A DNA stretch of 58,371 nucleotides from Elainellaceae cyanobacterium (GCA_051117555.1 JBNPEG010000066.1:1-58371), one strand, 5' to 3'; positions 1-10,876 are shown, numbered from the stretch's first letter. Made by a program: numbers and translations. The notes: generated by a model not told the origin, from the sequence alone.

Positions 1-63
1 ATATCAAAATTCATTTATTTGGTCAAGGTTAGTTTGAACAATACGAAGTTCCATATTAGAGTT

Positions 64-96
64 CTTAACCTCGACTTTACGTTGAAGTTGTATCCT
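64..96 (+). promoter_or_regulatory. Pho box (SphR/PhoB site) plus candidate -10 element upstream of pstS
   Basis: CTTAACCT (64-71) and CTTTACGT (75-82) are spaced 11 bp, matching the cyanobacterial PyTTAAPyPy(T/A) repeat. TATCCT follows at 91-96. Confidence 0.7.
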
Positions 97-150
97 CTTG
101 CAGGAACGGTTGCTAGAGTACGTCAAAGAAAATAGAGAGTATAGACAACT

Positions 151-1164
151 ATGGTTTTCCAAAAACGCGCAATTCGTACGGCTTTCTCAGTATCTTTAGC
201 TGCTCTTGTGGGTGGTTTGGCGGCATGTGCGGGTGGGCAAGACACCGCAACCACTGACACCACAGAGGGCGAAGCGACTGAGGAAACAGGTTCTGAATTA
301 ACGGGCAGTATTTCGATCGACGGTTCCAGCACCGTCTTTCCAATCTCTGAAGCAATGGCTGAAGAGTTTCAGGCTGTGAATCCCGGAGTGCAAATCACGG
401 TAGGAGCATCGGGTACAGGTGGCGGATTTGAGAAGTTTTGCAACGGTGAAACCCAAATCTCGGATGCATCTCGCGAAGTGAAGCCTGAAGAGATTGAGGC
501 ATGCGCAGAAAACGGCATCGAGATGGTTGAGGTACCTGTTGCAACCGATGCGTTGACCGTTGTGGTCAATAATGAGAATGATTGGGTTGAGTGCATGACC
601 ATTGATGAGCTCAACACCATCTGGGCCCCTGAAGCTCAAGGAACAGTAACCAACTGGAATCAGGTTCGTCCCGAATTTCCAGATGCTCCTCTCGTGCTTT
701 ATGGTCCTGGAACAGACTCGGGTACGTTTGACTATTTCACCGAAGTAGTTGGTGGCGAAGGTGGCGCTAGCCGAGGTGACTATACGGCAAGCGAAGACGA
801 CAACGTTCTTGTTCAAGGGGTTGCCGGTGACGTAAATTCTCTTGGGTATTTCGGCTTTGCCTATTACTACGAGAACCAAGATGAAATGAAGTCTGTTGCC
901 ATTGATGGCGGTGAAGGGTGTGTTGAGCCTAACCAAGAGACGGTTTTGGCAGGTGAGTATCAACCGTTTTCACGTCCTCTGTTTATCTATGTGAGTAGGC
1001 AAGCACTGGAGTCTGATCCAGCGGTTCAGGCATTTGTCGATTTCTACCTTGATCCTGCAAACGAGCAGTTTGTTGCGGATACCGGTTACGTTCCTCTATC
1101 AGAGGAGAAGTATACTGCTTCCAACGAGAAGATTGCTCAGGGTGAAGTTAAGACGGCTGAGTAA
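151..1164 (+). CDS. pstS: Phosphate ABC transporter substrate-binding lipoprotein PstS
   Basis: Lipobox LAAC; motifs IDGSSTVFPI, GTGGG, DSGTFDYF; first gene of the pst cluster. Confidence 0.95.
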   Translation: MVFQKRAIRTAFSVSLAALVGGLAACAGGQDTATTDTTEGEATEETGSELTGSISIDGSSTVFPISEAMAEEFQAVNPGVQITVGASGTGGGFEKFCNGETQISDASREVKPEEIEACAENGIEMVEVPVATDALTVVVNNENDWVECMTIDELNTIWAPEAQGTVTNWNQVRPEFPDAPLVLYGPGTDSGTFDYFTEVVGGEGGASRGDYTASEDDNVLVQGVAGDVNSLGYFGFAYYYENQDEMKSVAIDGGEGCVEPNQETVLAGEYQPFSRPLFIYVSRQALESDPAVQAFVDFYLDPANEQFVADTGYVPLSEEKYTASNEKIAQGEVKTAE

Positions 1165-1183
1165 GCCATCCGGCTAAACTCGA

Positions 1184-1224
1184 AGGGCAGAGAGAATGAG
1201 TATGCATGCTCATCCTCTCGCCCT
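1184..1224 (+). terminator. Intercistronic stem-loop between pstS and pstC (partial terminator or mRNA stabiliser)
   Basis: AGGGCAGAGAG-ATGAG...CTCAT-CCTCTCGCCCT imperfect inverted repeat just after the pstS stop. Confidence 0.55.
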
Positions 1225-1271
1225 GCTTATGTTTTCGAGGGACAGTTTTCCTTTTTTCGAGAAAATTTGAC

Positions 1272-2222
1272 ATGGCAGATAGTACTCTTAGTCCATCAGC
1301 AGGCGAAGCTTCTCGTGATTCCCTGTGGAAGCCTAATCGAGCAATCAGTAAGCTCTCCGAAAAAATTGTAATTGTAATTTTTGGCGTGTTTGCTATAGTC
1401 TCAGTAGCTACAACGTTTGGCATTGTTTTTACACTAATTTTTGAGACGTTTGAATTTTTCTCTGAGGTTTCCGTCTGGCGATACCTAACAGATACTCAGT
1501 GGACTCCGCTGTTTGTCAATCCTCAATTCGGCATCATTGTGCTGCTGTGTGGAACCTTTCTCACCTCGTTTATTGGGTTGATAGTAGCGATTCCGTTGGG
1601 CCTGCTGGCAGCAATTTGTCTAAGTGAATATGCGCCGCGCAACCTAAGAGCCTGGCTTAAGCCAGCATTAGAAATTTTGGCGGGTGTGCCAACAGTCGTC
1701 TTCGGATATTTTGCGCTGCTGTTCCTGACTCCTATTCTGCAGACTTTTATTCCGGGGCTATCCACCTTTAATGCGCTGAGTGCTGGAATCGTATTGGGAT
1801 TTGCGATCTTGCCGACGATTGCCTCGCTGAGTGAAGATGCTATCTTTGCGGTTCCGCAAAGCCTGCGTCAGGGGGCGTATGCGCTCGGTTCAACTAAGCG
1901 AGAAACAGTTGTAGGCGTCGTGCTTCCATCTGCCCTGTCTGGGATTGTGGCATCTATTGTACTGGGCGTTGCGCGTGCAGTCGGTGAAACGATGATCGTA
2001 ACCTTGGCCGCAGGTCAGGCTCCAACCTTAACCCTCGATCCCCGTAGTGCAGTACAAACCATGACTTCATTTATTGTCCAGGTGGCAAAAGGAGACGCGC
2101 CATATGGTTCGCTTGAGTTTATAACCCTGTTTGCTGTTGGCATGACTCTCTTCGTTATTACCCTGGCACTCAATATTTTTAGCTTCTGGTTTGTCCGCAA
2201 GTTCCAGGAGAAATACGAATGA
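1272..2222 (+). CDS. pstC: Phosphate ABC transporter permease PstC
   Basis: Hydrophobic helices; LEILAGVPTVVFG; RAVGETM. Likely start is ATG 1272 (MADST), downstream of the hairpin. Confidence 0.95.
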   Translation: MADSTLSPSAGEASRDSLWKPNRAISKLSEKIVIVIFGVFAIVSVATTFGIVFTLIFETFEFFSEVSVWRYLTDTQWTPLFVNPQFGIIVLLCGTFLTSFIGLIVAIPLGLLAAICLSEYAPRNLRAWLKPALEILAGVPTVVFGYFALLFLTPILQTFIPGLSTFNALSAGIVLGFAILPTIASLSEDAIFAVPQSLRQGAYALGSTKRETVVGVVLPSALSGIVASIVLGVARAVGETMIVTLAAGQAPTLTLDPRSAVQTMTSFIVQVAKGDAPYGSLEFITLFAVGMTLFVITLALNIFSFWFVRKFQEKYE

Positions 2223-3145
2223 CAACTACTGATCACACCCCAACCCCCCAAGAGACGAAAAGCTCCCTGTTTGAGCCCAAGCTGGCTCAGCGCTATAAGT
2301 ATGATCAAATTTTTAAGGTCATTACCTGGATCGGTACGATTTCTGGGCTGATTATTCTGGCGTTGCTAATTTTTGACATTCTGTTTGATGGTCTTGCAGG
2401 TTTAAATTGGAACTTCATTGTTAGTCCACCTTCCCGTAAGCCTGAACAAGCTGGCATCTGGCCTTCTCTAATGGGCACCCTTTATTTGTTAGTTATCACG
2501 GCTTTATTTGCCTTCCCGGTCGGAGTAGGGACAGGCATCTTCCTTGAAGAGTTTTCAAAAGACAATTGGTTTGCGAAGGCGATCGAGATTAACGTGGGTA
2601 ACTTGGCAGCCGTTCCGTCCATCATTTATGGATTGCTAGGGCTGTTTGTATTTGCGCGAATAATGGTTCCGATCACCGGAGGTCGCAGTATTCTTTCGGG
2701 TGGGCTGACGCTGGCGCTACTAATTCTGCCGGTTATCATTGTGGCGACCCGTGAAGCATTGCGAGCCGTTCCGAATAGTCTTCGCATGGCAGGGATGGCG
2801 CTGGGTTCAACTCGATGGCAAACGGTGAGAGTCCATGTGCTGCCTCAAGCTATTCCAGGAATCATGACTGGGACGATTTTGGCTCTTTCTCGAGCCATTG
2901 GTGAAACAGCTCCTCTGGTTGCGGTTGGAGCGGTTGCATTTATTCCGTTTGCGCCTTCCCTTTCGATAGAAGGGCTACAGTCAAAGTTTTCTGCGATGCC
3001 CATTCAAATTTTTAACTGGATCTCTCGTCCTCAAGACGAGTTCCATACCATTGCTGCATCTGCCATCATCGTGCTGATGGTGATGTTGCTAGCAATGAAC
3101 GCGACAGCAATTTATATCCGTAACCATTTCCAGAGAACTCGCTAG
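2219..3145 (+). CDS. pstA: Phosphate ABC transporter permease PstA
   Basis: NLAAVPSIIYGLLG; RAIGETAPL; ATGA overlap with pstC. Confidence 0.95.
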   Translation: MTTTDHTPTPQETKSSLFEPKLAQRYKYDQIFKVITWIGTISGLIILALLIFDILFDGLAGLNWNFIVSPPSRKPEQAGIWPSLMGTLYLLVITALFAFPVGVGTGIFLEEFSKDNWFAKAIEINVGNLAAVPSIIYGLLGLFVFARIMVPITGGRSILSGGLTLALLILPVIIVATREALRAVPNSLRMAGMALGSTRWQTVRVHVLPQAIPGIMTGTILALSRAIGETAPLVAVGAVAFIPFAPSLSIEGLQSKFSAMPIQIFNWISRPQDEFHTIAASAIIVLMVMLLAMNATAIYIRNHFQRTR

Positions 3146-3199
3146 AACATATTGGTCAGCGATCGCCAGGATTCTGTTTTTTGACAAGAGGCTCTCCCC

Positions 3200-4009
3200 A
3201 TGCAATCTCAATCTTCATCGGCAACGATTGGAACAGCTAACGTATTTCAGGTCGAAAATACGAGCTACTACTACGGGTCTAACTTGGCTGTAAAGGGCGT
3301 CCATTTAGACATTCCGGCTAGCAAAATCACGGCACTGATCGGCCCGTCCGGGTGTGGTAAAAGTACCGTGCTTCGCTGCTTCAATCGCCTGAATGACTTG
3401 ATCCCTGGAGCCCGAATCGATGGTCGGATCACCTATCACGGCACAGATATCTACGGCAAGAAGGTCGATCCAACTGAGCTTCGCCGCAAAATTGGCATGG
3501 TCTTCCAAAAGCCCAACCCGTTTCCAAAGTCAATTTATGACAATATCGCGTTTGGTGCTCGAATCAACGGCTACCAGGGAGACATGGATGAGCTAATCGA
3601 GCGATCGCTCCGAGGCGCTGCTCTATGGGAAGAGGTCAAAGATAAGTTGAAAGAGAGCGGGCTCTCATTGTCAGGTGGGCAGCAGCAGCGGTTGTGTATT
3701 GCGCGGGCGATCGCCATCGAGCCTGAGGTCATTCTCATGGACGAACCCTGCTCCGCCCTCGACCCAATCTCAACGCTCCGCATTGAAGAACTGATGCAAG
3801 AGCTCAAAGAAAGATTTTCCATCATTATCGTGACCCACAATATGCAGCAAGCATCTCGTGTGTCGGATATGACTGCCTTCTTCAATGCTGAAGCGACCGA
3901 AGGCGGTGGAAAGGTTGGTTATTTGGTCGAATACGACAACACTGAAGTGATTTTTCAAAGTCCAAAGCAGGAAGCAACCCAACAATATGTGTCGGGTCGT
4001 TTTGGCTAA
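3200..4009 (+). CDS. pstB: Phosphate ABC transporter ATPase PstB
   Basis: Walker [33 protein letters not shown]-terminal YVSGRFG. Confidence 0.97.
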   Translation: MQSQSSSATIGTANVFQVENTSYYYGSNLAVKGVHLDIPASKITALIGPSGCGKSTVLRCFNRLNDLIPGARIDGRITYHGTDIYGKKVDPTELRRKIGMVFQKPNPFPKSIYDNIAFGARINGYQGDMDELIERSLRGAALWEEVKDKLKESGLSLSGGQQQRLCIARAIAIEPEVILMDEPCSALDPISTLRIEELMQELKERFSIIIVTHNMQQASRVSDMTAFFNAEATEGGGKVGYLVEYDNTEVIFQSPKQEATQQYVSGRFG

Positions 4010-4060
4010 AGCCTGGCTCATCTAATCATTTCTAATCATTTTGTTTTAGACGTACTGACT

Positions 4061-4092
4061 TCCCTTGGTGTTATCTCACTGGGGGATTTTTT
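4061..4092 (+). terminator. Rho-independent terminator after pstB
   Basis: TCCCTTGGTG-loop-CACTGGGGGA followed by a T run. Confidence 0.75.
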
Positions 4093-4164
4093 ATGCGAAA
4101 GCGTGCCACAATTAAAGTAAAGTTTTGTAACTCATTGTGTTCACGTCCGACGCAATCAAATTTT

Positions 4165-5088
4165 ATGAATTCTGTGTCTTATTCAGAGCCCTCATTTCTT
4201 GATACCCTTCCCAAACCCAAGTATTGGGAATGGAATGGGTTGCCGATTTGTTATCAGCATATGGGGCAGGAAGGGCCTGCTGTAATTTTGGTGCACGGGT
4301 TTGGAGCATCCTGGGGACACTGGCGGAAAAACATTCCATCATTGGCAAACTCGTTTCGCGTGTATGCCATTGATTTGCTTGGTTTTGGAGGCTCTGCCAA
4401 ACCCAAGCCAGGCTATCCAGTCGACTATACGTTTGCAACCTGGTCACGCCAAATCTCTGACTTTTGCCGAGAGGTGGTCGGGCAGCCTGCATTTTTGGTG
4501 GGTAATTCGATTGGCTGTATTGCCGCCATGCAGGCTGCGGTTGATTCCCCCGATTGGTTTCGAGGCGTTGTCTTAATTAACTGTTCACTTCGAGGATTAC
4601 ACGATCGCAGGCGATCGCAACTTCCGTGGTATCGAAGAATAGGTGCTCCTTTCTTGCAAAACCTGCTGAGCGTTCGGTGGATCGGCCACAGTTTTTTTAA
4701 GCTACTCGCTCGCCCCAATACGGTGCGAAACGTGTTACGGCAAGCCTATGCTCAGCCAGAAGCGGTAACTGACGAACTGGTCAGTTTGCTCGTGGCTCCT
4801 GCCTCTGATCCGGGTGCTGCAGACGTGTTTGTTGCCTTTACGCGCTATTCGAGCGGTCCCCTGCCAGAAGATTTGCTAGCGACGCTTCCGTGTCCGGCGT
4901 TGATTCTGTGGGGAGAAGCTGACCCGTGGGAATCGATTGAACAGGGGCAAGAGTTTGCGAAGTTTTCAGCCGTTCAAAATTTTATTCGACTAGACCACGC
5001 CGGGCATTGCCCCCAGGATGAAGTGCCCGAAACAGTCAACACCATTCTGAACGACTGGATTCTGGCTCAGGCTAACTGCGAAAGCTGA
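4165..5088 (+). CDS. Alpha/beta fold hydrolase
   Basis: HGFGAS, DLLGFG, nucleophile GNSIG and GHCPQDE motifs. Start is probably ATG 4165. Confidence 0.9.
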   Translation: MNSVSYSEPSFLDTLPKPKYWEWNGLPICYQHMGQEGPAVILVHGFGASWGHWRKNIPSLANSFRVYAIDLLGFGGSAKPKPGYPVDYTFATWSRQISDFCREVVGQPAFLVGNSIGCIAAMQAAVDSPDWFRGVVLINCSLRGLHDRRRSQLPWYRRIGAPFLQNLLSVRWIGHSFFKLLARPNTVRNVLRQAYAQPEAVTDELVSLLVAPASDPGAADVFVAFTRYSSGPLPEDLLATLPCPALILWGEADPWESIEQGQEFAKFSAVQNFIRLDHAGHCPQDEVPETVNTILNDWILAQANCES

Positions 5089-5714
5089 TGGTGAGCCATT
5101 TTGATTCGAGCGCTGACTGCGGTGTCTTCATCGAGGCTAAGTCGGTGCTGAAAATGATCAAGAATTTGTGTGTACCAATCGGGTTGGGTGGAATGGGTGG
5201 CGATCGCCAATGATTGGAGTGCCACAACCGCCGCATACCGAACAACCCACTCTGGATCGTGAGACACCTGAATGAGCGCCTCAAATGTCCGAGTTTGAGC
5301 GAGTTGAATGTCACCGGATGGAAGCTGATGCCAGCGCACTGTTCCGAGCCCTCGGGCAGCCGCCCGCCGAACGCTCAGCGCAAAATCTGCTTGGGCTGCA
5401 TCCAGTAATACATCGAGTGCACGGGGGTCGGCAATGCCTGCTAAGGCTCGAATGGCCCATGCCCGTGCGCCATAGTTATACCCATCAAGCTGGTCTAGCA
5501 AGGTTGGAACAGCCGCTTCGCCAAGCTGAATTAGCCCGTTGACGGCGGCTACGGCTGCCCCCGGATTGTTGAAGCCCAGCACTTTAATCAGTGTTGGAAT
5601 AGCCGTTTCATCTCGAACTGAGGCAAGTTGATAGACCGCCTCAACAAGTCGGGATGCAGAATCAGCGTCTTCGACAGCCTGAATGAGCGCAGTAGTTGAC
5701 ATGGTTTCTATCAT
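5067..5714 (-). CDS. cpcF: Phycocyanin alpha-subunit phycocyanobilin lyase CpcF
   Basis: HEAT repeats; LGFNNPGAAVAAV; YNYGARAWA; DPEWVVRYAA; follows cpcE. Confidence 0.93.
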   Translation of the reverse strand: MIETMSTTALIQAVEDADSASRLVEAVYQLASVRDETAIPTLIKVLGFNNPGAAVAAVNGLIQLGEAAVPTLLDQLDGYNYGARAWAIRALAGIADPRALDVLLDAAQADFALSVRRAAARGLGTVRWHQLPSGDIQLAQTRTFEALIQVSHDPEWVVRYAAVVALQSLAIATHSTQPDWYTQILDHFQHRLSLDEDTAVSARIKMAHHQLSQLA

Positions 5715-5781
5715 GACATCGTGATGCTTCGAACATCGAATGCATTTCGGGCTGAATTAGACCGATGGCGTTTGGGGTGGC

Positions 5782-6594
5782 TTATAGCAACGTATCCATC
5801 AGCGTCATAACATGCATCGCACCGTCCGAAAGATCTGGTGAGTCGGTCTGATGTATCTGTGTTTCAAGCAGTCCTTTTAGGGCAATTAACTTAAGACTGT
5901 TCTCAGCATGGGTTTGGGCGATCGCCTCCGCTGCTGGAAGGTAGCCCACTGCGCCCAGATCCATCAGGGCTGACCGGCGTAATTGTAAATCACCGCCCCG
6001 AAGAGCGTGCACAAGCTGCTCACCGTAGATCGGATCTTGAGTAATTTGGTAGAGGGCACGGGCAGCCGCATATCGAATCTTAGGGACAGCATGATCGAGA
6101 AATGGCTGAATCTGAGCGATCGCATCGTCGATGCCCAAGGTTCCGAGCGCCTCGATGATGGCTTCGTAGGGCTGAGCCAGATGAGGGGTGCCAGGCACAA
6201 GTTCGGTGTCATCGATGCCGCCGCCGAGTAATGCTCGCAACGCCGGAGCACAGCTTTGATCTCCCAATTCTTCTAGTGATTGAGCTGCTGCCTCTCGCAC
6301 ATAATAATCAGAACAGTCTAGGCATTCAATCAGCGGCTTAACTGCTCTGCGATCGCCTAATTTGCCTAAGGCTCGTGCCGCATTTCGTCGCAGCGGATAT
6401 CCGCCATCAGGAGAGCGGTCAGCCTCGTCATTGAGGGCATCTAATAGTGCATCAACCGCGGCATCTTGATTGACCCGAAATCGCCCCAGCCACCATGCTG
6501 CATAATATCGACGGCTCGAATCATCGCGCTGCTGGAGGTGGGCGATCGCCTGTTCAACGGTCAACGACTCACCGTTTATCGAAGATTGATTCAT
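5782..6594 (-). CDS. cpcE: Phycocyanin alpha-subunit phycocyanobilin lyase CpcE
   Basis: RYYAAWWLG; GGYPLRRNAARALGKLG; AENSLKLIALKG. Confidence 0.95.
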   Translation of the reverse strand: MNQSSINGESLTVEQAIAHLQQRDDSSRRYYAAWWLGRFRVNQDAAVDALLDALNDEADRSPDGGYPLRRNAARALGKLGDRRAVKPLIECLDCSDYYVREAAAQSLEELGDQSCAPALRALLGGGIDDTELVPGTPHLAQPYEAIIEALGTLGIDDAIAQIQPFLDHAVPKIRYAAARALYQITQDPIYGEQLVHALRGGDLQLRRSALMDLGAVGYLPAAEAIAQTHAENSLKLIALKGLLETQIHQTDSPDLSDGAMHVMTLMDTLL

Positions 6595-6723
6595 CAGTCT
6601 AGGAACGCGAAATCAGCGCAATGGAAATCGACACAACAAAGGTGCAGCATGCCAGAACTGAGAGTCTGTTTAACCCGCCAGCCCTTGCATCCTACACCTG
6701 AGACATTAAATCCAACCTCGGAT

Positions 6724-6993
6724 CTATTCGTCAGATTCGCTGGACGATGGACTGCCGTTGGCCATGCCATCATCGGGGTGAATATTGACAATTTGCCCGC
6801 CCATGCGGGTAATGCGTCGCATCTCTTCGTTCATGCGATTATAGGGCACTTTGATGTAGACATTACCACTCCGGCGAATTGGGTAATTGGTTTTGTCTGT
6901 TTCCTCGTTTTGACGAAGACCCGACACCTCGTACACAAACACGCGCGAACTAGAGGGGCTAAGATTAGCGTTGGTGTAGGCTGAACCCATCAT
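6724..6993 (-). CDS. cpcD: Phycobilisome rod-capping linker CpcD
   Basis: RVFVYEVSGL...IRRSG...VPYNRMNEEMRRITRMGG. GGGAGAG RBS precedes ATG 6993. Confidence 0.93.
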   Translation of the reverse strand: MMGSAYTNANLSPSSSRVFVYEVSGLRQNEETDKTNYPIRRSGNVYIKVPYNRMNEEMRRITRMGGQIVNIHPDDGMANGSPSSSESDE

Positions 6994-7130
6994 ATGCAAA
7001 ACTCTCCCAGTGGCTGAACACATCAATAAAGGGGGATCTATCTTCCAAAAGTGACGGCAAGCATCAACCCCTTATCATGCTTACCATCACTTTGAATGGA
7101 TCATGTCAAATGGATCATGGTCCAACCAGA

Positions 7131-8000
7131 CTATGCTGGACGGATGCTAACAATCTTCGCACCGCTACGCAGAATTTGCTGCATGCGGGAAGACAGTTGC
7201 TCGTAAGGAACTAGATAGGCTTGATTCGAACGACGAACTTTAGAATCACGGAGTGTCGAACCAATGCGGCCAGTGACTTCAACGCGATACATACGAGCCG
7301 CTTCATTGCCCACGCCACCAAACGATGTCTTGGGCGTATCTAATTTAGCAGGCTTATTAACACCCGACGGTGCATCAATGGTTGATGCCTGGTTTTTAGC
7401 TAAATCGCTAAACAAGAATCCATTCTTGTTGGTGCTAATTTGGCTGCGATCGCTGTTCGCATACCCCCGATAGAGTTGGAACATTCGGCTAAAGCCAACG
7501 GTCCTCACGCCTGCTGTCACCTGGAACCCCGTAAAATAGGGCACGATATTGTCACCAAATTTGTTGGCGTATTCTTCGCTCTCAAAGTAGGAATTGATTT
7601 CGGCATCATATCCGTCTTCTTCAACCAGGCGTGTATGAGCCGCTAATTCCGCTTCGTCATAGGGAGGACGACCGAGAAAATGTTTGAAATTTAGCTCAAC
7701 AAACCGTTGATTGTTATTGCGATAAAAGAATTTTGCTTTATACAAATCTGAAAGTGCGATCGCCCGCACAAAGTCACGGGTGGTAATCACACCCTGTTTG
7801 AGCAAAGACTCCGCAGATGAGAGTCGCTCCGAATTCATGACATAATCGTTGCCCAGCACTTGGCGGTAAGCGGCTCGAATAACTGCTTTCAGATCGTCTT
7901 CTGACCAATCGGAGCGCAACTCTACCTTGTTGCCGTCAAATGCATCTAAACCTAACCGCCCCGCTGCATTCAAGTTTGAAGCTACTAAAGCTTTTGACAT
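7131..8000 (-). CDS. cpcC: Phycocyanin-associated rod linker CpcC
   Basis: [21 protein letters not shown]-terminal CpcD-like domain; directly downstream of cpcA. Confidence 0.93.
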   Translation of the reverse strand: MSKALVASNLNAAGRLGLDAFDGNKVELRSDWSEDDLKAVIRAAYRQVLGNDYVMNSERLSSAESLLKQGVITTRDFVRAIALSDLYKAKFFYRNNNQRFVELNFKHFLGRPPYDEAELAAHTRLVEEDGYDAEINSYFESEEYANKFGDNIVPYFTGFQVTAGVRTVGFSRMFQLYRGYANSDRSQISTNKNGFLFSDLAKNQASTIDAPSGVNKPAKLDTPKTSFGGVGNEAARMYRVEVTGRIGSTLRDSKVRRSNQAYLVPYEQLSSRMQQILRSGAKIVSIRPA

Positions 8001-8121
8001 AAAGCCCTCTCAACACAACACGTCAATTTTCAGCGTTTTCGAAAGCACATTAGAAAGAATTTGACCATCTCTAACGCCCAGAGCGTCTAGAGACATAATT
8101 CGAGATAGTGTCTTAAAACAA

Positions 8122-8185
8122 TGCCCGGAAAAACTTGCAACTGCTAACACACTAAAGTGCCAACATTCGCCAATTCTTCCGGGCA
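8122..8185 (-). terminator. Stem-loop downstream of cpcA (cpcBA transcript end or processing site)
   Basis: TGCCCGGAA (8122-8130) and TTCCGGGCA (8177-8185) form an inverted repeat just after the cpcA stop. Confidence 0.6.
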
Positions 8186-8198
8186 AATTCCTACAAAA

Positions 8199-8687
8199 CT
8201 AGCTTAGAGCGTTGATTGCGTAGTCGATGTAAGAGTTTGCTTCAACAGCAGGATCGCCACTCAGACCATGATTTGCCTTGATGTGCTTGAGAGCCTCAAC
8301 ATACCAGCTTGGAGACAACTCGAATGTACGGTTGATTTCATCCAAACCAGCAACGAGGTACTCATCCATAGGCCCCGTGCCACCAGCGACGAGGCAGTAG
8401 GTAACCATGCGCAGGTAGTAACCGATGTCACGAGAGCACTTGCTTTTACCTGTTTCGGTAGAAGCATAGTTTGGTCCCTGCATTTGAGTGGTGTAGGGGA
8501 ACTTCTGATACACTGCGTTTGCAGCACCAGAGATGAGGCTGTCAGCCTTCTGAGTTAAAGCTTTAGCTGCTTCTAAGCTAGCCGTTGCTTGGCGGAAACG
8601 ACCGAAAGCGGTTTGAATTTCGGTGCTGCTTAGGAAACGACCTTGAGAATCTGCAGCAGCAACTGCTTCAGTCAGAGGGGTCTTCAT
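8199..8687 (-). CDS. cpcA: C-phycocyanin alpha subunit
   Basis: [33 protein letters not shown] (chromophore Cys); 162 aa. Confidence 0.99.
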   Translation of the reverse strand: MKTPLTEAVAAADSQGRFLSSTEIQTAFGRFRQATASLEAAKALTQKADSLISGAANAVYQKFPYTTQMQGPNYASTETGKSKCSRDIGYYLRMVTYCLVAGGTGPMDEYLVAGLDEINRTFELSPSWYVEALKHIKANHGLSGDPAVEANSYIDYAINALS

Positions 8688-8788
8688 AAAATTATCTCCC
8701 TACGTTTTTGCAAAGTTTTCGTGGATAAGTTATCGAATGTCACAGACGTATCAGCCCACGCCTGAGAAGGACGTTGAGATGCTGTAGC

Positions 8789-9307
8789 TTATGCAACAGC
8801 AGAGGCAGCCATGTCGAAGTAGCTACCGATTTCAGACATCAAAGAGCTACAGTCACCCTTGGTGATGCCTTGGGGATCGTTAGCCATTGCAACCGCTGCT
8901 TCTTTCATTTTTTGAACACCGACTGCAACAGAAGCACCCGGGGTGCCTAGAGCAACATAGGTTTCCCGCAAGCCATTCAAGCAGCGATCGTTGAGAACGC
9001 TGGGGTCGCCTGCAAAGATTGCATACGTTACATAACGCAAGATGATTTCCATGTCGCGCAGACAAGCAGCCATCCGGCGGTTGGTGTAAGCATTACCACC
9101 AGGAGAGATGAGCTGGGGTTGCTCAGCAAACAGCGCACGAGCAGCGTCAGAAACAATCTTGGAAGCATTGCTGGTAATGCGGTTTACAGAATCCATGCGC
9201 TTGTTGCTCTCAGAAACCATTTGGTTTAGAGCATCAAGCTGAGAAGCAGAGAGATACTCACCACGAGCATCTGCCTGGGAAACCACCTTTGTGAATGCGT
9301 CAAACAT
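8789..9307 (-). CDS. cpcB: C-phycocyanin beta subunit
   Basis: [38 protein letters not shown]; 172 aa. Confidence 0.99.
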   Translation of the reverse strand: MFDAFTKVVSQADARGEYLSASQLDALNQMVSESNKRMDSVNRITSNASKIVSDAARALFAEQPQLISPGGNAYTNRRMAACLRDMEIILRYVTYAIFAGDPSVLNDRCLNGLRETYVALGTPGASVAVGVQKMKEAAVAMANDPQGITKGDCSSLMSEIGSYFDMAASAVA

Positions 9308-9607
9308 CGACTCAGTACTCCTAATTCGAAATTGCGTGATGTTAGCTTCGATTCAAAATTGGAATTGGCATGTATATGCCGTTTTAATCTGCTTTAAGCA
9401 GCCAGGAACCTAGTTCAACATCGGTTACAACGCTACCACTCTCATCGAGACTATTAAGCGATGACGCTACAAAAGTTTTAAATGCGTAGTAAATCCATCG
9501 CGTTAGAAATCTGAGAAGAGTGACGACATATTATGAGAAGCCAAAATAATCTCATAAACAGTTGCTTTGATTAGCTTGCAAACCGTTGCCTAGGCCCTCC
9601 AGATTTC

Positions 9608-9653
9608 TTTATACAATGCTGTCGGGCCTTTGTTCTTTACAAGTTGTTAAGAG
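9608..9653 (-). promoter_or_regulatory. Putative cpcB promoter with an upstream HLR1/RpaB-like direct repeat
   Basis: The minus strand reads TTGTATAAA (9616-9608) about 300 nt upstream of cpcB. TTTACAAG-TT-GTTAAGAG (9636-9653) resembles HLR1. Confidence 0.55.
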
Positions 9654-10133
9654 TTGCTATCTATATGAGGAAATGCAACAAAAGAAGCGCTCAAATCTTA
9701 AAAAATGTTGCGTGGAGCGTGAATATCATTTACGTATGCTAAGCAATCTGAATTTGGACTCATTCAAATACGTGTCCGAATACTTGGGCGATGAAGGCTT
9801 GGGTGAATTAAGCATTTCAGCGTTCTGATATATCGAGTGACATAGATTTTTTTTCATTCCTCACCTCTGTGACCCATCGCGATAGGCAGTTAAGTTGACC
9901 TCATTCTGGTCGAGAGTTCATCTTGCTTAACAAACAAGATTCAAAGTAACCCAATTTTTGCGTCAGCTAATTAGTCGGGAAATTGTTACAAAGCTTTAGC
10001 TCTTCTTTTGGCAGATCTCTTACAGCATCCCCCGCTGCTTGCTGAACTGTTGCTTGTTGACAATCGACATCGTGCGGTTAATGATGCCGACCTACTTACA
10101 AATTCAGCTAGTGTGTTGTGTCTGCACAGGATG

Positions 10134-10169
10134 CTGTATCTGCATCTGCATCTGCATCTGTGTCTGCAT
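10134..10169. repeat. Hexanucleotide microsatellite (CTGCAT)n, degenerate, 6 units
   Basis: CTGTAT CTGCAT CTGCAT CTGCAT CTGTGT CTGCAT. Confidence 0.85.
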
Positions 10170-10339
10170 AGGACGTGTTTGGGGTCCCATCATCAAAATA
10201 AATAATCCCTAGGAGTGTTGCGAATTAAGTAATGTCGGCATAATATTAAGAAGTATTACACGACTGTATCTTTAGTCCACTCTTGTGGTTCGCGGATTTA
10301 GATTGGTCGTAGCAGTCGTCTACCCTTGAGGGCATATCA

Positions 10340-10876
10340 GTGACATCATTTTCCCATGCGACTCTCACTGTAGAAGAATCCCTGATTGCCAAATTTTTTA
10401 GGCAGTCGACGGGGCAGTGGCGTTCGGAACGGCGATATTACACGCTTCCTGATGGAGACGCCAAAGAAATGGTGAGTTTCATTACAGTTCGATTTTTGGA
10501 GAAAGGCTGTTCCGAGCTGATTGAGTTGGCTGGTTTGCACAAGCTTAAAGATGCGTCGGCTTTGATTTGTGGAGCTGAAGTGACGTGGAAAAGCCAAGAT
10601 TCGGTGTCTGGTAGAAAGAAGTCTCAAGGTTCGACTCTGTTTGGAGCGCGGGGGGATGTTCTCTACCGCGATCGCGGCTTTGCAACTCCTAAGCCAGTGA
10701 CTGCAAACTATTACTTTTCAAATCCAGAAACGCTCTGTTTACGCACCGAATATAACGGCTCAGTCTTTGAAGAAGAGCTGAAACTGGTTGGCGATCGCTA
10801 CCGAACTCGTCAAACCATCATTTCGCGGGCAGGCGAACAGCAAATGATTGGTCAGTATCTCGAAACGCGCATTTAG
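10340..10876 (+). CDS. CpcS/CpeS-family phycobiliprotein lyase, probably the CpcV/CpcS2 subgroup
   Basis: FF..S.G.WRSERRYYTL; LYRDRGFAT; RTRQTIISRAG. GTG start. Confidence 0.85.
   Translation: MTSFSHATLTVEESLIAKFFRQSTGQWRSERRYYTLPDGDAKEMVSFITVRFLEKGCSELIELAGLHKLKDASALICGAEVTWKSQDSVSGRKKSQGSTLFGARGDVLYRDRGFATPKPVTANYYFSNPETLCLRTEYNGSVFEEELKLVGDRYRTRQTIISRAGEQQMIGQYLETRI

Noticed and set aside
298..963. 221-aa antisense ORF over pstS (likewise 12198-12833, 6466-6984, 15270-15824, 21179-21604)
   Set aside because: These overlap well-supported genes on the opposite strand and have no recognisable motifs.
10008..10205. 65-aa ORF with an HLHLHL run
   Set aside because: The run arises from the CTGCAT microsatellite; TTG start and no other coding support.
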